A DNA stretch of 55,089 nt from Trichomonas gallinae (lineage: Eukaryota). Positions 22,026 through 35,000 of this stretch are shown here, piece by piece. The translations under genes and the position numbers were made by a program. The notes beneath the pieces were generated by a model. The model worked only from the letters and a program-made list of their open reading frames with translations. It had not been told where the DNA came from and did not search any database. The stretch's first letter is position 1. The number at the start of each line of letters is the position of its first letter. The stretch is from positions 1 to 55,089 of the forward strand of contig MRSU01011293.1 of the NCBI GenBank assembly GCA_008369845.1, written 5' to 3'.

Positions 22026-22396
22026 AAAATTATTATTTTTTTTCTCTAGTAAAATACGTTATCTTTAATTCTCTACACCATCATTACAAAATAAATCATT
22101 TTATATTTAAAAATCTAGAACATTATGAATCATTTATCCAAATATCGATTTGATTTCCTCGAATTAATTATCAAATCAAGCTGTTGATTAAATTTTTGTT
22201 TTATAAAATGTTTACATACGTGATTTTGGTATTTAATTTGGCTTGTTGCTTTGGATAAAATATTTCAAAAATATTATTAATCACAAATTTAAATTTTGAT
22301 TTGGAATTTGGTATTTAGTTGTTTAGATTATATATAAGGTGAAGTCTCAGAAGCTGAAAATGAAAAATGAAAAAAAATGTTGTCACTTTTATATAA

Positions 22397-23674
22397 ATGG
22401 AATCTTTAAGTCTTGAGAAGCAACAAAAATGTTCCAGCGAATTTAAGGAGTTTGTTGATAAATGCCCAAGCCCTTATCACGTGTGCCAGTATATGAGGGA
22501 AAAACTGCTTGCTGCTGGTTATATAGAAATCAATGAAAGAAAAATCTGGCCAGAAAACGTTAAGAAAGGATTCGTTATAAGAGATTATCGCTCCATCATT
22601 GCATTCAACGTTAAAAACCTCAATCAAGCCATTATCGCAACAGCACATAATGATTTTCAATCAGTTAAAATTATTCAACGCCATGAAATGCAAAAGGTTA
22701 ACGAATACGTCGAGTGTGTACAGAATTATGGCGTCCCAATTTTCGACTCTTACGCAGATAGAAGTCTGAGAATCGCAGGACTTCTTTCTTATGTCAATGA
22801 AGACAATAAACTCAATTTCAAACTTGTTGACTCTGTCAAAGGCGTCGCATCTTTTCCAAATCTCGCAATTCATCTCAGAGGTAAAGGATACGGACCGAGA
22901 TTCGAGCCTTCGGAGACATATGTGTCATTAGGACATACATCAATTGATGATTTACTCGTCAAAATGTCAGGAATTCCATCAGATAAAATTAGAGATCACG
23001 ATTTATACCTTGTAGACAGCGAGCCATCAGGTGGATTTGCCGATTTAATTACAGCCGGTAGAATCGATGATTTCTGTTCCTGCTATTCGATTCTCTCAGC
23101 ACTTCTCAACGAATCAGGAGATTCTAATTCAGCGACGCAAATTATGGCTATTTTTGATCGCTCACTAACTGGCGGTGATTCTGTTGCTGGTAATAATGGA
23201 ACTTTCTTGGAAGATGTCTTAGATTACATTTTCGACGACAAATTAGATGAAGTTCGCGCGAGAACAATGTTATTAACATGCGATCATTGCGAAGCTAACC
23301 ATCCTTCATTCCCGGACTATTATAACCCAGACCAGCCTATTTATATATCAAAAGGCGCCGCAATTAAGAGATCTTTGAGATCTGACCTTGCTACTGATGA
23401 CACAACATCATTCATTGTCGAAGCTGCCGCCAATAAGATCGGCATCCCTGTCCAATACTTCCAGTGCAGAAACATGCAGATCATGACGCCATCATGTGGC
23501 ACGAACATAACAACAAACTCTGGCCTTAGAACAGCAGACATTGGCCTTCCTATCCTCGCCATCGGATCACTTAGGCAGACTGCATCGGCAATCGATCTCT
23601 ACAACTACAGGCAGCTCATCAAAGAGATAATCTCCAACTATACAACGTATTATAACATGTGTTCTGAATTTTAA
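22397..23674 (+). CDS. M18 aspartyl aminopeptidase-like protein with degenerate active site
   Basis: SPYH, AHND, DRSLRIAG, PNLAIHL, RIDD, HPSF, CGT, RTADIGLP match the M18 scaffold. Confidence 0.85.
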   Translation: MESLSLEKQQKCSSEFKEFVDKCPSPYHVCQYMREKLLAAGYIEINERKIWPENVKKGFVIRDYRSIIAFNVKNLNQAIIATAHNDFQSVKIIQRHEMQKVNEYVECVQNYGVPIFDSYADRSLRIAGLLSYVNEDNKLNFKLVDSVKGVASFPNLAIHLRGKGYGPRFEPSETYVSLGHTSIDDLLVKMSGIPSDKIRDHDLYLVDSEPSGGFADLITAGRIDDFCSCYSILSALLNESGDSNSATQIMAIFDRSLTGGDSVAGNNGTFLEDVLDYIFDDKLDEVRARTMLLTCDHCEANHPSFPDYYNPDQPIYISKGAAIKRSLRSDLATDDTTSFIVEAAANKIGIPVQYFQCRNMQIMTPSCGTNITTNSGLRTADIGLPILAIGSLRQTASAIDLYNYRQLIKEIISNYTTYYNMCSEF

Positions 23675-24583
23675 ACCTATATTTTGTTTTTTTATTTCTA
23701 AAAACTCTTTTTAGATAAATTCATTTCATTTTTTTTTTTTTTTTTAATTTATTTTTTGTCTATCGAGCTTGGATTAATCATATGGAAATAGTTATTAAAA
23801 ATGGAGCATTGGGATTCAATAAAGAATATATGTCTCTGTTTAGAATTTTTCTATCTTTCTTGAGATGCTAAACAAGTTATTTGATACATTTTTTAAAATT
23901 TATTATTGCAATTGTATCATTAGTAGCAAAGTCACTCCATTATATCCATTCAGTACATTAACTTAACAAGCAATATAAAATGATTTATCATTGTTCTATG
24001 CAAAAAGAATTATTCATATACTGATACTCTTGCAATAATACATGTGAAATAATAATCTAATTCCAGAAATACTGAGTGTCCAAAAATTCGTTAGCATCTC
24101 ACTGCATCAAATAGATATAATCATTCTTATTATATATCTATATAGCAGAGATACAAAGAGATAAAATATTCAATAGAAGTAATATTGTAACTCTTTTTCT
24201 TCATTGATTAAAAACAGTTTTGTAAAAAAAAATTATAATGATCGATCATTTCGATATTTCATAAGATGAACTAGACTAATTTCAGTCTGGACTTGAAATG
24301 GATTAGAATTTATTCATTGTTTGGTATTTGATAAACATCAAAAAAGTGCTTTTTGAATTTGAATTTGAATAACTTTGAATGAAAAATAATCGTCAAAGTA
24401 AATAAAAAGTGAAATTGAATGGAAAATAATCATGTGTCAAATTATAATTTATTGAACAACTTTATTTAAGTGTGTATTAAAGAAATTCCTATGCATAAAA
24501 CGTTTTTTAGTTGAATATATATGTTTGTTTGCTGTTAAATGACTATCACCTTTCTGGTGTCACCCCCTCAATAAAAACGAAAA

Positions 24584-26584
24584 ATGGAGGTAATGTCAGA
24601 CATCCTTTATAATCTTCAGCTTCGAATAAAAAAGGATGCTGAATATTACCAGAGGATGCATGAGGAGACCAAAAGAATCTCTGGTACTTTTATCACCCAA
24701 ATACAGACATATATCATAACAATATCAAAGTTAATAACAGCAATGAATACTGCAAACGATAAATCGCCATTGCCGTTTTCTCCTGTCAAGAAAGATCAAA
24801 TCCAGATAAGCAATGATACAAACTACAAAGATTTTCTGGATTATCTCAAAGTTAACTTTTTAAAACTGTTTCAGGAGTATTTTTCGAAGGACGAAGAGCT
24901 GTCTCTCCCTGCCCTTGAACTTGTATATACTAATTTCCATTATTTGTGGGCAGATGAATATTGCGATGAATTTTATCGAACATTGATAAAAGCAGATAAG
25001 AAAATGCAAGCGCAATTATGCAAAGCACTCATTTATCAACCGAATACGCTAATGTACTTCCTCTCAGCACTTACATACGTGTTTAATAATTTATGGAATG
25101 TTCAAAACGCTTTCGAATTAGTTAAAATCTTCCAAGAATACTCTGTAAAGTTGGCACCAATGCTGCCGCTCTTTGTTAGAAAGTGTTTAAGCCTTTTCGA
25201 AAAGCCTCAATACGTTTTTTGGGAAATGATGAAACCAGTCATTGAAAATTTCGAATTATTCGATTTAGCTCACAAAGATCTATACCTCTTCGATCACGAT
25301 ATTATAGTAGATATGATTTTCGAATTTGAAGATTTCTTCCACACACAAGGAGCCTTGTATTTCATTCATCAAATCATCGACAATAACGAAATATGTTCAT
25401 CAATTCCACAAGAATCTAAAATTTCCAAAATTTTAAATGAATATCAACCATTAACTTTAATTCCTGTATTTGTGTTCAATATGAAGTACCCTAACTTCAC
25501 AATAAACAATATATCACCAGTTCCAGTCTTTGTTGCTCCAAATATTGAGCTTGAACGCGGATCAACTGAAAAATTCGAAGAAGACGTGTTTTTCGAAACT
25601 GTAAGTAGATTCCTTTTACGTGCTGAGCTTACAAGAGTCAGATCTGTCACTGAAAACGATCCACGCAAATATTTTACTGTTTTAGCAGAATTATCTTCAA
25701 TTTATGGAGATCCTGACCTAGAAGATGACCTCGATCAAGTTGTTGAGCTTCTCCATAAATCAAAGATCCAATCCATAGATGACCTTCTCCAACAACTCGA
25801 AAATTATTTAATTGCAAAATCTCAGCATCCGCAGAATCTGCCGTTAAATAAGATAGCTACTTACTCATTACAGCAGAACTACATCATGAAAATGACTGAA
25901 TTCGTTGGAAAATTCGAAACCAGGAAAAATGAAATCGTGGAATTCGATAATACGATCTCCAAACTCAACAAAACCACGAATTTGCCAACAATCAACTACG
26001 AAGGTGATGTTTCTCAAGAGTTTTTGAACGTTTATGAACAAATAACAAATTCAATCGAAGCTAGAACACTTCCAGAACTGCGAGCTTGCATCGATCACAT
26101 TGGTCTCACTAACAGTTTATTCACGCATCTCACCCAAAGTGTTATTGAAAGAGATACAAATCTTAGATACAGAGTTGCTCATTTTGGCTATGAAATTTTT
26201 AACTCTGTATCAGCTTCATGGCTTGATCCATTCATACAAGATAAAACTAAGTTCGAATTCTTTAATACAGAAATTTTAGCTGCTGTAAATACAAAATGTC
26301 CACTTGATTCGTGCTATTTCATAAATAATGCTATGCAGACTCTTGTTAACATGCTGGATATGACAGGAATGAAAGATATTGGCGCAGATCAGCTTACTCC
26401 AATTTTTATTGTCGCAATTTGCCATTTGAATCCAGGTGGTTTGATTATTTTAAGCAATATTTTGAGCCATATCGTTCTTCCGCTGTTTAATCTTAAATCT
26501 CCTGTAGATAGGCAAATTGAATATGCTTGTGTGCAATTTGTATCAGCTGTTAAGACAATAGAAGATTTTAAACTTAGCGCATGA
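24584..26584 (+). CDS. VPS9-domain protein (putative Rab5-family GEF)
   Basis: C-terminal CPLD...IGADQLTPIFI...IEYACVQFVSAV resembles the VPS9 catalytic core. Confidence 0.7.
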   Translation: MEVMSDILYNLQLRIKKDAEYYQRMHEETKRISGTFITQIQTYIITISKLITAMNTANDKSPLPFSPVKKDQIQISNDTNYKDFLDYLKVNFLKLFQEYFSKDEELSLPALELVYTNFHYLWADEYCDEFYRTLIKADKKMQAQLCKALIYQPNTLMYFLSALTYVFNNLWNVQNAFELVKIFQEYSVKLAPMLPLFVRKCLSLFEKPQYVFWEMMKPVIENFELFDLAHKDLYLFDHDIIVDMIFEFEDFFHTQGALYFIHQIIDNNEICSSIPQESKISKILNEYQPLTLIPVFVFNMKYPNFTINNISPVPVFVAPNIELERGSTEKFEEDVFFETVSRFLLRAELTRVRSVTENDPRKYFTVLAELSSIYGDPDLEDDLDQVVELLHKSKIQSIDDLLQQLENYLIAKSQHPQNLPLNKIATYSLQQNYIMKMTEFVGKFETRKNEIVEFDNTISKLNKTTNLPTINYEGDVSQEFLNVYEQITNSIEARTLPELRACIDHIGLTNSLFTHLTQSVIERDTNLRYRVAHFGYEIFNSVSASWLDPFIQDKTKFEFFNTEILAAVNTKCPLDSCYFINNAMQTLVNMLDMTGMKDIGADQLTPIFIVAICHLNPGGLIILSNILSHIVLPLFNLKSPVDRQIEYACVQFVSAVKTIEDFKLSA

Positions 26585-27740
26585 GGTTTTTTATTGTTAT
26601 TGTTTGTATTTTGTATTGAATTTAAAATTAATTTAGTAAACTTAAATAATAGACATTGATATCATTTGCAAATGGTGTCAATATAAACATATTTTTATGT
26701 ATCTGATCAGTAGAAAGAGTTATTTTAATTGATCTCAACATTTCTCGATTTAACAATGTCTAATTTAGCCTATGCAATAAGTAACATAGCTGTTGATATT
26801 GATCTTATAAATAAGATCGAATCCATGATTTAATAATATATTTACTAAAACTCAATGTAAAAGTTTACTTGGTTAGGTTGTAGTATCTGATTCATGCATA
26901 AATTGATATGATATCGATTCATTATTGCTAAATGATGAGATATCTAAGAAATATTAGAATGAAAACAAATTGTTGGCGAAATTATTCTTTATTGATATCG
27001 AATATATGGATAAATGATCGGTTTGCATCATCATCTGCAGGTAATGATCAATAACTATGAATAATATTTTTTGGAAAATAATTCAAAAATGTGATTCATA
27101 CAGCATCAACATCATAACATCTATCTCATTGCTTTAGTATGAATATAACTGTGATTATAAGGGTATATCTTGATTGGTTAAAGAGTTACGCTTTGAAACT
27201 CCGCTTTTTGATTGAGAAAACAACATATAGTATTGAATTATCTCCTCTTCACAAACACTTGGTTTAGATAATGAATATACAATAAAGACACGTTGAAGAT
27301 TATCTTAATTTTGCCATGTAATGCATCAAAATTGTTGAATTTTGTCATGTAAAGAAGATATTTGAATGCTTTACTATGGCAGAATGTCTTAAAAAGTGTA
27401 AGCATTCAATATCCGTTGTTGTTCGGAATTCTGCCCATCATTTTTAATGATGAAAATAGAAAGCGTATCGGTTATAAATCCGCTAGAACCATTAAAGAGC
27501 ACTGATCGTTCTCGATTTAACTCTCACATTCATCATAAAATTTTTTCCTATGAAATTTGGATAATACAAATAAAAAGCTGCTAAATATTAATGACTGGTC
27601 GATATTTGAATGCAAAAATAACCTCCACGATAAACAGAAAAAGGGTTCATTTGATATATACATTTAGTAGATGAGAAATGACGAATTTATCCATTCTATC
27701 GTCTTTCTATCTACTTTACAAAAAATCAGAAAATAATATA

Positions 27741-29087
27741 ATGCTTGGACTGTTTATTGCGACAACCTACAGTGCATTGCCTATTGGCAACAAATGCAAG
27801 AACGCAAGTCTTGCGCACGACTGTGGAGACTATTTGATTTGCAACTCATCCGGAAAGTGTGATGCTTGCGTCATTGGAAAGAAGCAGTGCGGTAACCACT
27901 TCTTCTGCCGCGAATCACCCAGACTTGGTAGCAACATTTGCAATTATGAACCGTTAACACATGACTGGGATCTCCGTCTTATTCTTGGTATGATTTGCGT
28001 TTTCATTGCTGGTATCTTCGTTTCCGGCGCTGGTATTGGCGGTGGTGGCCTCTTCGTCCCAATTATGATGCTTCTCGTCAAATTCCCGACATCTTACGCT
28101 ATTCCAACCTCAAAGGCTATCATCTTCGGCGGTTCTCTCGCTGTTACACTCTTCAACCTCAACAAGCGCCACCCATACTACGAGCGTCCACTCATCAACT
28201 ACAATGTTGCCGCTATGATTGAGCCTATTTCGTGGCTCGGCACAGTCATCGGTGTTATCTTCAACAGTATCATCCCAGAATGGCTCCTTTACTCAGTCCA
28301 GTTCATCCTCCTTTCATATACAGCCTGGAATACATTCAAGAAGGGCCTCAAGGACCAGAGAAACGCTAAGCTTGGCATTGCTCCAAATAACGAATTACTT
28401 GTTAAGGGCACATACGATGGTCCAACTTACTCCAAGGGTCTCCTTTGGCTCCTCCTTGTCATCTATATCGTCTTCCTTGCCATTTCCTTCCTTCGTGGTG
28501 GTGATGGCGCAGATTCTATCATCGGCATTAAGTTCTGCTCTCCAATCTACTGGGCACTTACATTCGGCCCATTCCCAATCTACCTTTTGATTACATGGTG
28601 GATGATTCACATCGCTAAGAGATATCCAGTTCTCGGTCACAAGAATGAGCTTACAAAGAAGGACATCTTCCTTCTCCTCATGTCTGGCTTCGTCGCTGGT
28701 ATGGCTGCTGGTTTCCTTGGTATCGGTGGTGGTATGATCAAGGGTCCAATGATGCTCGCTCTCGAAATCGAAGCTGAAGAAATGGCTGCTACATCATCTT
28801 TCATGATTCTCATGACTTCCAGTGCTACATCAATTCAGTATATCGCTGAAGGCCTCATGCCATGGCTCGAATTCGGTGTCTTCACTGGCATGGGCTTCAT
28901 CTCATTCTTAATCGGTGTTATCTTCCTTCGTTGGCTCGTCAAGAAGATGGGTAACCGCTCTATCTTCCTCTACTTCCTTGCTGCTATCATTATGATTTCC
29001 GCTATCCTTATGTCTGTTGTCGGTATCGAAATTATCATCCTCGAGGTCAAGGAGCACGCTTCTATGGGCTTCAGACCATTCTGCTAA
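27741..29087 (+). CDS. TauE/SafE (sulfite exporter) family membrane protein with signal peptide and Cys-rich ectodomain
   Basis: Duplicated GIGGG motifs (GAGIGGGGLFVP; GFLGIGGGMIKGP), RPLINYN, AATSSFMI, many TM helices. Confidence 0.88.
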   Translation: MLGLFIATTYSALPIGNKCKNASLAHDCGDYLICNSSGKCDACVIGKKQCGNHFFCRESPRLGSNICNYEPLTHDWDLRLILGMICVFIAGIFVSGAGIGGGGLFVPIMMLLVKFPTSYAIPTSKAIIFGGSLAVTLFNLNKRHPYYERPLINYNVAAMIEPISWLGTVIGVIFNSIIPEWLLYSVQFILLSYTAWNTFKKGLKDQRNAKLGIAPNNELLVKGTYDGPTYSKGLLWLLLVIYIVFLAISFLRGGDGADSIIGIKFCSPIYWALTFGPFPIYLLITWWMIHIAKRYPVLGHKNELTKKDIFLLLMSGFVAGMAAGFLGIGGGMIKGPMMLALEIEAEEMAATSSFMILMTSSATSIQYIAEGLMPWLEFGVFTGMGFISFLIGVIFLRWLVKKMGNRSIFLYFLAAIIMISAILMSVVGIEIIILEVKEHASMGFRPFC

Positions 29088-29477
29088 AAATAGACTAAAA
29101 ATTCATTCTTTTCGTTAACGCGTCGTCACTCGTAGCTACTTACAATCGACTGTACGAACAAAATTACAAACATTTACCAATCATTTTTTCGAATGAAAAT
29201 ATTATTATCCGAAAATTAAACGACTTGATATATTTATTTTAGTTGATTTTTAATCATTGACTATTATATATGTTATTTGATTATTTATATTTCGATTTCG
29301 AATGATATTTTTTGGTGAAAATTTGAAAATTCAAAAAAATGGAATGAAAAATCGACGATTTGATAATAGCAATTTTGTTTTATCATCGAAAAAACATGAT
29401 GTAAATAGGTTATAAATAGCAAATATGAGATTTTTTCAAAATGTAAAAATTTTAACGATTATATCACTATCAAAATA

Positions 29478-31031
29478 ATGAAGCGACGAAATTATATTGT
29501 GTTCAGGGCCCCAGACAAAGAATCTGAGCTTGATCAGCGCCCAGATCAAGTGCACAACATCAAAATAAAGTTTGCAGGCTTCAATAAAGCGCTGGCTGAA
29601 AAATTAGCAAGATATAACGGTTTACAAATAACCTATGCTAACGATTATGATGTATTTTGGGGCCAGTCTCCTGATGTAGATCAGGTTTCTACATTTTCTC
29701 CTACACAAGTCTTCAACCATTTTCCTGAATCAAAAAATATTATCGGGGATAAAGGATCCTTTGCACAAGTCATACAGAATCATTATTTATACACGAAATT
29801 AGTTGATTTCTTCCCGAAGACTTATATACTTCCTGCAGACAATTCGCAATTATTCAACGAAATGAGAAAACATCAAAACAAACAGTATATTTCGAAACCG
29901 CCACGTGGAAGTGGAGGAAATGGAATTACAGTAATTACATATAAAGACTTCAATAAAATAAATCCAAATTCGGTCGTATCAGAATACATCGAAAGGCCGC
30001 TTTTAATTGACGAATTTAAGTTTGATTTACGAATTTACGTGTTGGTGACATCATTTGTCCCTCTTCGCGCTTTTATTTACAAAGATGGATTCGCTAGATT
30101 CGCAACAAACTGCTATTCTGACAAATTCTCACCATTTGCATGCATAACAAACTCACAACTAAACAGGAAATCGAAGTTTTACGGCTCAGGAAATGATTTC
30201 AAGTGGACATTACAAGAAGTTCTTCTGGAAATCAACCAGCGATGGAAAGTCACGCCAGAAGTCATGATGAACAAACTCAAGAGGCTAGTGTCTAGAACAT
30301 TGCTGTTCATGCAGTCAGCTTTAGTTAATGATCGCAGCGAAAATTCAAACTTTTTCGAATTATATGGTTTCGATGTTATTATTGACTCTAATTTCCACGC
30401 TTGGCTTCTAGAAGTCAACACATCACCATGCATGGGCGTCAACGAATACTTGGACTATGACATGAAAGGTCCTCTGCTTGCTAGAACTATGAGTATTGCA
30501 TTATTGCCTTTATTCGAAAAGAAATCGGAAAAGAGAATGATAGAACTCGAAGACATGATGAATGATATATCAGGTGGTGGTTTTGAGAGGATTTTCCCTT
30601 CAAAATTCACAGAAGCACTCGAATTTCATCTCATCAAGCCAAAAGTGCAACATGTCTATGATTTAACAAATCTCAAGGCTCTCGGAGCTTCACTGACATC
30701 AGCACAAGGCATGTCTTTGTTACTTCATATTTTGATTGATCTAGAAAACACAATTTCAACGCAGAAAGCACAAAACACGAATATATTGAAGCTCCATAAC
30801 TTCCTTACTGCACAAGGAATAAGGATTCTCAAGTCTTCTGCAGGTTTACGAGTTGGAGCAAAGTCTTACATAGCAACAGTCAATAATTGGATATCAGAAT
30901 CCAACGAAGATTTCCTTGTACCCTATGATATTAGAGAGAAAATCCTATCTTTACCAGATAAGTCAAAACTCGAAATATTATCTTCATGCGCAATGTCGAA
31001 AATCAAAAGCGTCAACCTATTGTTTGAATAA
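29478..31031 (+). CDS. Tubulin-tyrosine ligase-like (TTLL) protein, probable polyglutamylase
   Basis: NHFP, FPKTY.LP, KPPRGSGGNGI, YIERPLLIDEFKFDLRIYVLVTS, GFARFAT, FELYGFDVIID, WLLEVNTSP. Confidence 0.92.
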   Translation: MKRRNYIVFRAPDKESELDQRPDQVHNIKIKFAGFNKALAEKLARYNGLQITYANDYDVFWGQSPDVDQVSTFSPTQVFNHFPESKNIIGDKGSFAQVIQNHYLYTKLVDFFPKTYILPADNSQLFNEMRKHQNKQYISKPPRGSGGNGITVITYKDFNKINPNSVVSEYIERPLLIDEFKFDLRIYVLVTSFVPLRAFIYKDGFARFATNCYSDKFSPFACITNSQLNRKSKFYGSGNDFKWTLQEVLLEINQRWKVTPEVMMNKLKRLVSRTLLFMQSALVNDRSENSNFFELYGFDVIIDSNFHAWLLEVNTSPCMGVNEYLDYDMKGPLLARTMSIALLPLFEKKSEKRMIELEDMMNDISGGGFERIFPSKFTEALEFHLIKPKVQHVYDLTNLKALGASLTSAQGMSLLLHILIDLENTISTQKAQNTNILKLHNFLTAQGIRILKSSAGLRVGAKSYIATVNNWISESNEDFLVPYDIREKILSLPDKSKLEILSSCAMSKIKSVNLLFE

Positions 31032-31068
31032 ATATATCTATGTATATAACCTCCAACCTTAGAAATCT

Positions 31069-31111
31069 TCTTGACTGAAAATTAACCTGATTTCTAGATT
31101 TTCAGTCAAGA
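31069..31111. repeat. Perfect 14-bp inverted repeat just 3' of the TTLL gene
   Basis: TCTTGACTGAAAAT (31069-82) / ATTTTCAGTCAAGA (31098-111), plus outer CTCCAA/TTGGAG. Confidence 0.8.
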
Positions 31112-32051
31112 TTTGGAGCATTTTGGAAGTACATTACATTACATAAGGCTTTAATAGACCCATGTTTTCATTAGCTTTTCATTTCATTTAATTTTTCATG
31201 ATTCGAAATATTTGATCGAACTTTTAGAATGACATTAGACACTTTCAGAGTTAATAATCAAAATGTTATAGAAAAGAAACAGTAGTTGATGACTATAATG
31301 GCCTCTGAATCCAATATATTTTCAGATTATATTATATCAAGTTCTATTTGCTTTGATTCTTAAGCGACTTTTATTCCAAAACTCGAATTTTACATTTTCA
31401 TTAAGAAATAAATATTTGCGAATTTGGAAATTTTGATAAGTCGAGAATCGATTGTTTAAATCTATAGATCATATCAATTATGGTATTATATATTGCTTGC
31501 AAGATTATGAGTGATAATTCGAAGATTCCACATTTTTTGATATCACAAAAATAGCTTCAGCAAATTGCAAATGCTAAAATATATACATTGCATTAGTAAT
31601 TGCTTAAGCATTCGTTAAATATGACGTTCACCACATTTTTTGGCAAAGAAGTGTGATCATTTGTTTTCAAAGTACTTTTGTTTGTATTTTAAGGAGCTCA
31701 TAGATAATATAATAAAAGAAAATAGGAATTAAATGTTTTAATTAAGGTTATATTTTTGAAAAGAAAAAACGTTTCCTTTCAAAATAATAACCTACAAAAC
31801 TATTAAAATATATAATAATCAACGGAAAAGTGATTATTGTTTGAAAAATGTAAAAAAATTGTCAAAACACGACAATACATTATTTGTTCATAGCAAAACT
31901 ATAATAAAATAAGCATTTGAAAATTTTTTAACCACAAACGTGACAAAAGCACGTTAAATTTTAAGTTAAAAATCATTTTAAAATAAGATATTAACCAGAA
32001 ATAAATAATTTGACATTTTTTGCATCATTTCACTTTTTTTTTCTTTAAACC

Positions 32052-35000
32052 ATGGAAGTTGAAAAAGCTATATTCGACATTACTGATCAATGGAATGTTG
32101 TGTTAGGCGCCAAATTGTGCGGGATATTGAATCTGCCGATTAATGACCTCAGAAATAAGATAGAATACATGGTTAAAAAATTTGATGACATTGATCTTGG
32201 GAATGTCATGAATAATGGCCTACAGGCGTATATGACTATGTCTCCAGATCAACTTAATTTAATGGAAGAATCTACTTCGTTACTACTTTTAACCTTTTCG
32301 AATTCAAAACAATTCTGTGATATATTTAACAGACTTTTCATGACATCTTACAAACTGTTACATATTTCATGGAATGATCAAGAACAATCTACCAACGTAA
32401 AAGCACTTCATACAGATAATCTCAACAAAGAAGTCAAATTAGATCCGAAACAAGAATTACATTACAACTTTTTCGAATTCAGCAACAAATTCTTACAAAA
32501 AACGCTTTCCGAGCCAGAATATACAATTGATAAAATTAATCCCGAAATTATTTACCTTTTATTCAATTATATTCACTTCGACCAACCAAATATGATTAGA
32601 AAATCCGCTGGTAACATTTTAGGCCTTCTTTCTTCTTCTTACACTTTATTACAATTAATTGTTAACAGATTTTGGTACGAATTCAACCAATGCAAGAAAG
32701 AAGACGAATTCAGAAACTTTTCCGCTGTAATTGATGGAATTTCAACTCTCAGATTCGAATTAAATCCAATTGAATTCGCAGTTTCGACTTTTACGTTCAT
32801 TAACACGTTTATAGAGAATGAGAAGAAGATCGAACGCGGTGTTCTCCGCATTAAGTTCATTACGGCAATGGAAAATATATTCGTTCGCGTTACAAAAACA
32901 TTAGATGATGATCATCCGAAATATTATGAAATGCTCGAATCCGTTTGGAACATAGCTGTCAGATGGTCATCTAAATCGAAACACACGCTGTTTTGCTACA
33001 CATTCCTCGTCCATGTCTTGGAAAATACGAATGATATTTTTTATAATCAGCACGTTAAAGAATTATGCACGTTTCTCTGTAAATTCTCGAAAGATGGAGA
33101 TGTAGAGGGCTTAAAGCTGCTCACTACGTTCATTAATCAAATTCCGCAAAAATATTACGAAACAAATCCAGCTGAGTACAAAACAATGATGAGCAAGGAT
33201 GTAATTCCAATTATATTCGGTGGATCAGACAGCAAAAGAACTCTAAGATTCGTTTATGAAGATCAATATGATTCGGTTCTCAGTATTATACAAGATGTTG
33301 GCAGGAAAGATCCGTCAGTTTTGGTCGACATCTTTGTTACCATTCTTCAAGATGAAGAATTCACTGATGATCACAAATTCGTCAGAATGGTTTGTTTAAG
33401 ATGCTTAGGAACACTTTGTTTGGATGTTCCTGAAAAGATGTATCAATACTCTGATCGTTTCTCGCCTTTAATCGATCCTTTACTTTTACAATTAAATCCG
33501 AATTTCTTGCATGAACAACAGCACGCGATTAGAACATATCCAGCAATACACTCAAAAGATGAGGCCCAAAATGAGATCATTTCTCAGATTATTTTCTTCT
33601 TAGCAATTGGAACTGAATCATTTGCGAATGACGCGAAAGTTTCGTTCAGAACATTCGTTGAAGACGTTGTACACCCAGAATTCTGCGGAATGACACCAAT
33701 AACTTACATCAACAACTTAATTCAAAATATTGAATCATCAACAGCTGCTGATTCAGCTCTTTTCATGAATTATCTCAAATCCATCATTGTTTCTTATACA
33801 GTTAACGTGTCAAAATGCAGTGATGTCGAAGGCTATGTCTACAAATTTATCCAAGATTGGGAAAAAATGAGAATGAACCTTGATTGCTTACTCACAATGC
33901 TTCTCCTACATCCACAGGAAGATATTACACAGGCTGCATGTGAGCTTGTCGATGTTTTAAACGCGAAAGAAATTTTAGATTTTGATAAAAGGTGTAAATA
34001 CAACCAAAACAACCTTTGCACGTTCCTAGCTAGTGTAAACTCCAAAGATATAATGGGTAAAGCTAAAGAATTCATTGAATTTACTCCAGATTTCGCTAAA
34101 TTATTCTTTGAGAAGCTTCTTAACAAATTTGAGATGCGTCGCAAGCAAACAAACGCTCCACATGCACTAAAGCTTGTGAAATTCCTCCTTTTGATCGCTC
34201 AAAACAACGACGAAAGTTTCGCGAAATTATTAAACATAGTTTTCAGTCTTTGGGCTGAAAATCCGCAAAGTACGGAAATTAGAGCTGGCATTGATGGCTT
34301 GAACTTTGATCTCGTTTATGCATTCAGCGATTCTTTCTTTAAATTTAAAGAATCTTCTAAAACCGATTTATCGAAGCAAATGATCAGTTGCATGGAATCT
34401 ATTTCACTCAGGGAGCAGTTTAATCAGATCAAAGAAGACAACGCGCTTCTTAATATCTTCGAATTGTTTATTATTGGATTTCTCGGCGTAAAAGTCGAAA
34501 ATGATAAATCATACTTTACTGCATGCGAAAGGGCCCTCGGAGTCTTCATCAGATTCCTTAAAATCGATATTGCAAAATTAGATAAAATATTTAACACGCA
34601 AATGCTTGTTGACACGCTTTTCTCGTTCATTATCAACCATATGAAGTTCGAATTCATCGATAATATCGATCAACAGTTCCCTAAAACATTAATGCAGATG
34701 AGCAAAGTTATTTTCAGCTATTTCAGGGTAGATATAACATTGTTTGAGAAATTAACAGCTTCATTTTTAGAATTTACACAAGCACACGCAACAAATGAAG
34801 GCGCAATTACATCATTAGTTGATGCGTTGACAGAATTGCTTAAAAACAATCCAAGCCTTCTTCATTCTTATGTTGCACAGACATACACATCATTCGACCT
34901 CTATAATTCCAATTTCATCCTTGCAATAGCAAATTGTTTCATTTTGAGGAAAGATTTTCTCAAAGAATACGAAAATGCAGCTGCTTTAATATTGTTTGTG

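Noticed and set aside
27447..27505. Box C/D snoRNA candidate (ATGATGA...CTGA)
   Set aside because: No convincing terminal stem or rRNA-complementary guide that I can recognise; the boxes are frequent by chance and the region looks like decayed coding DNA.
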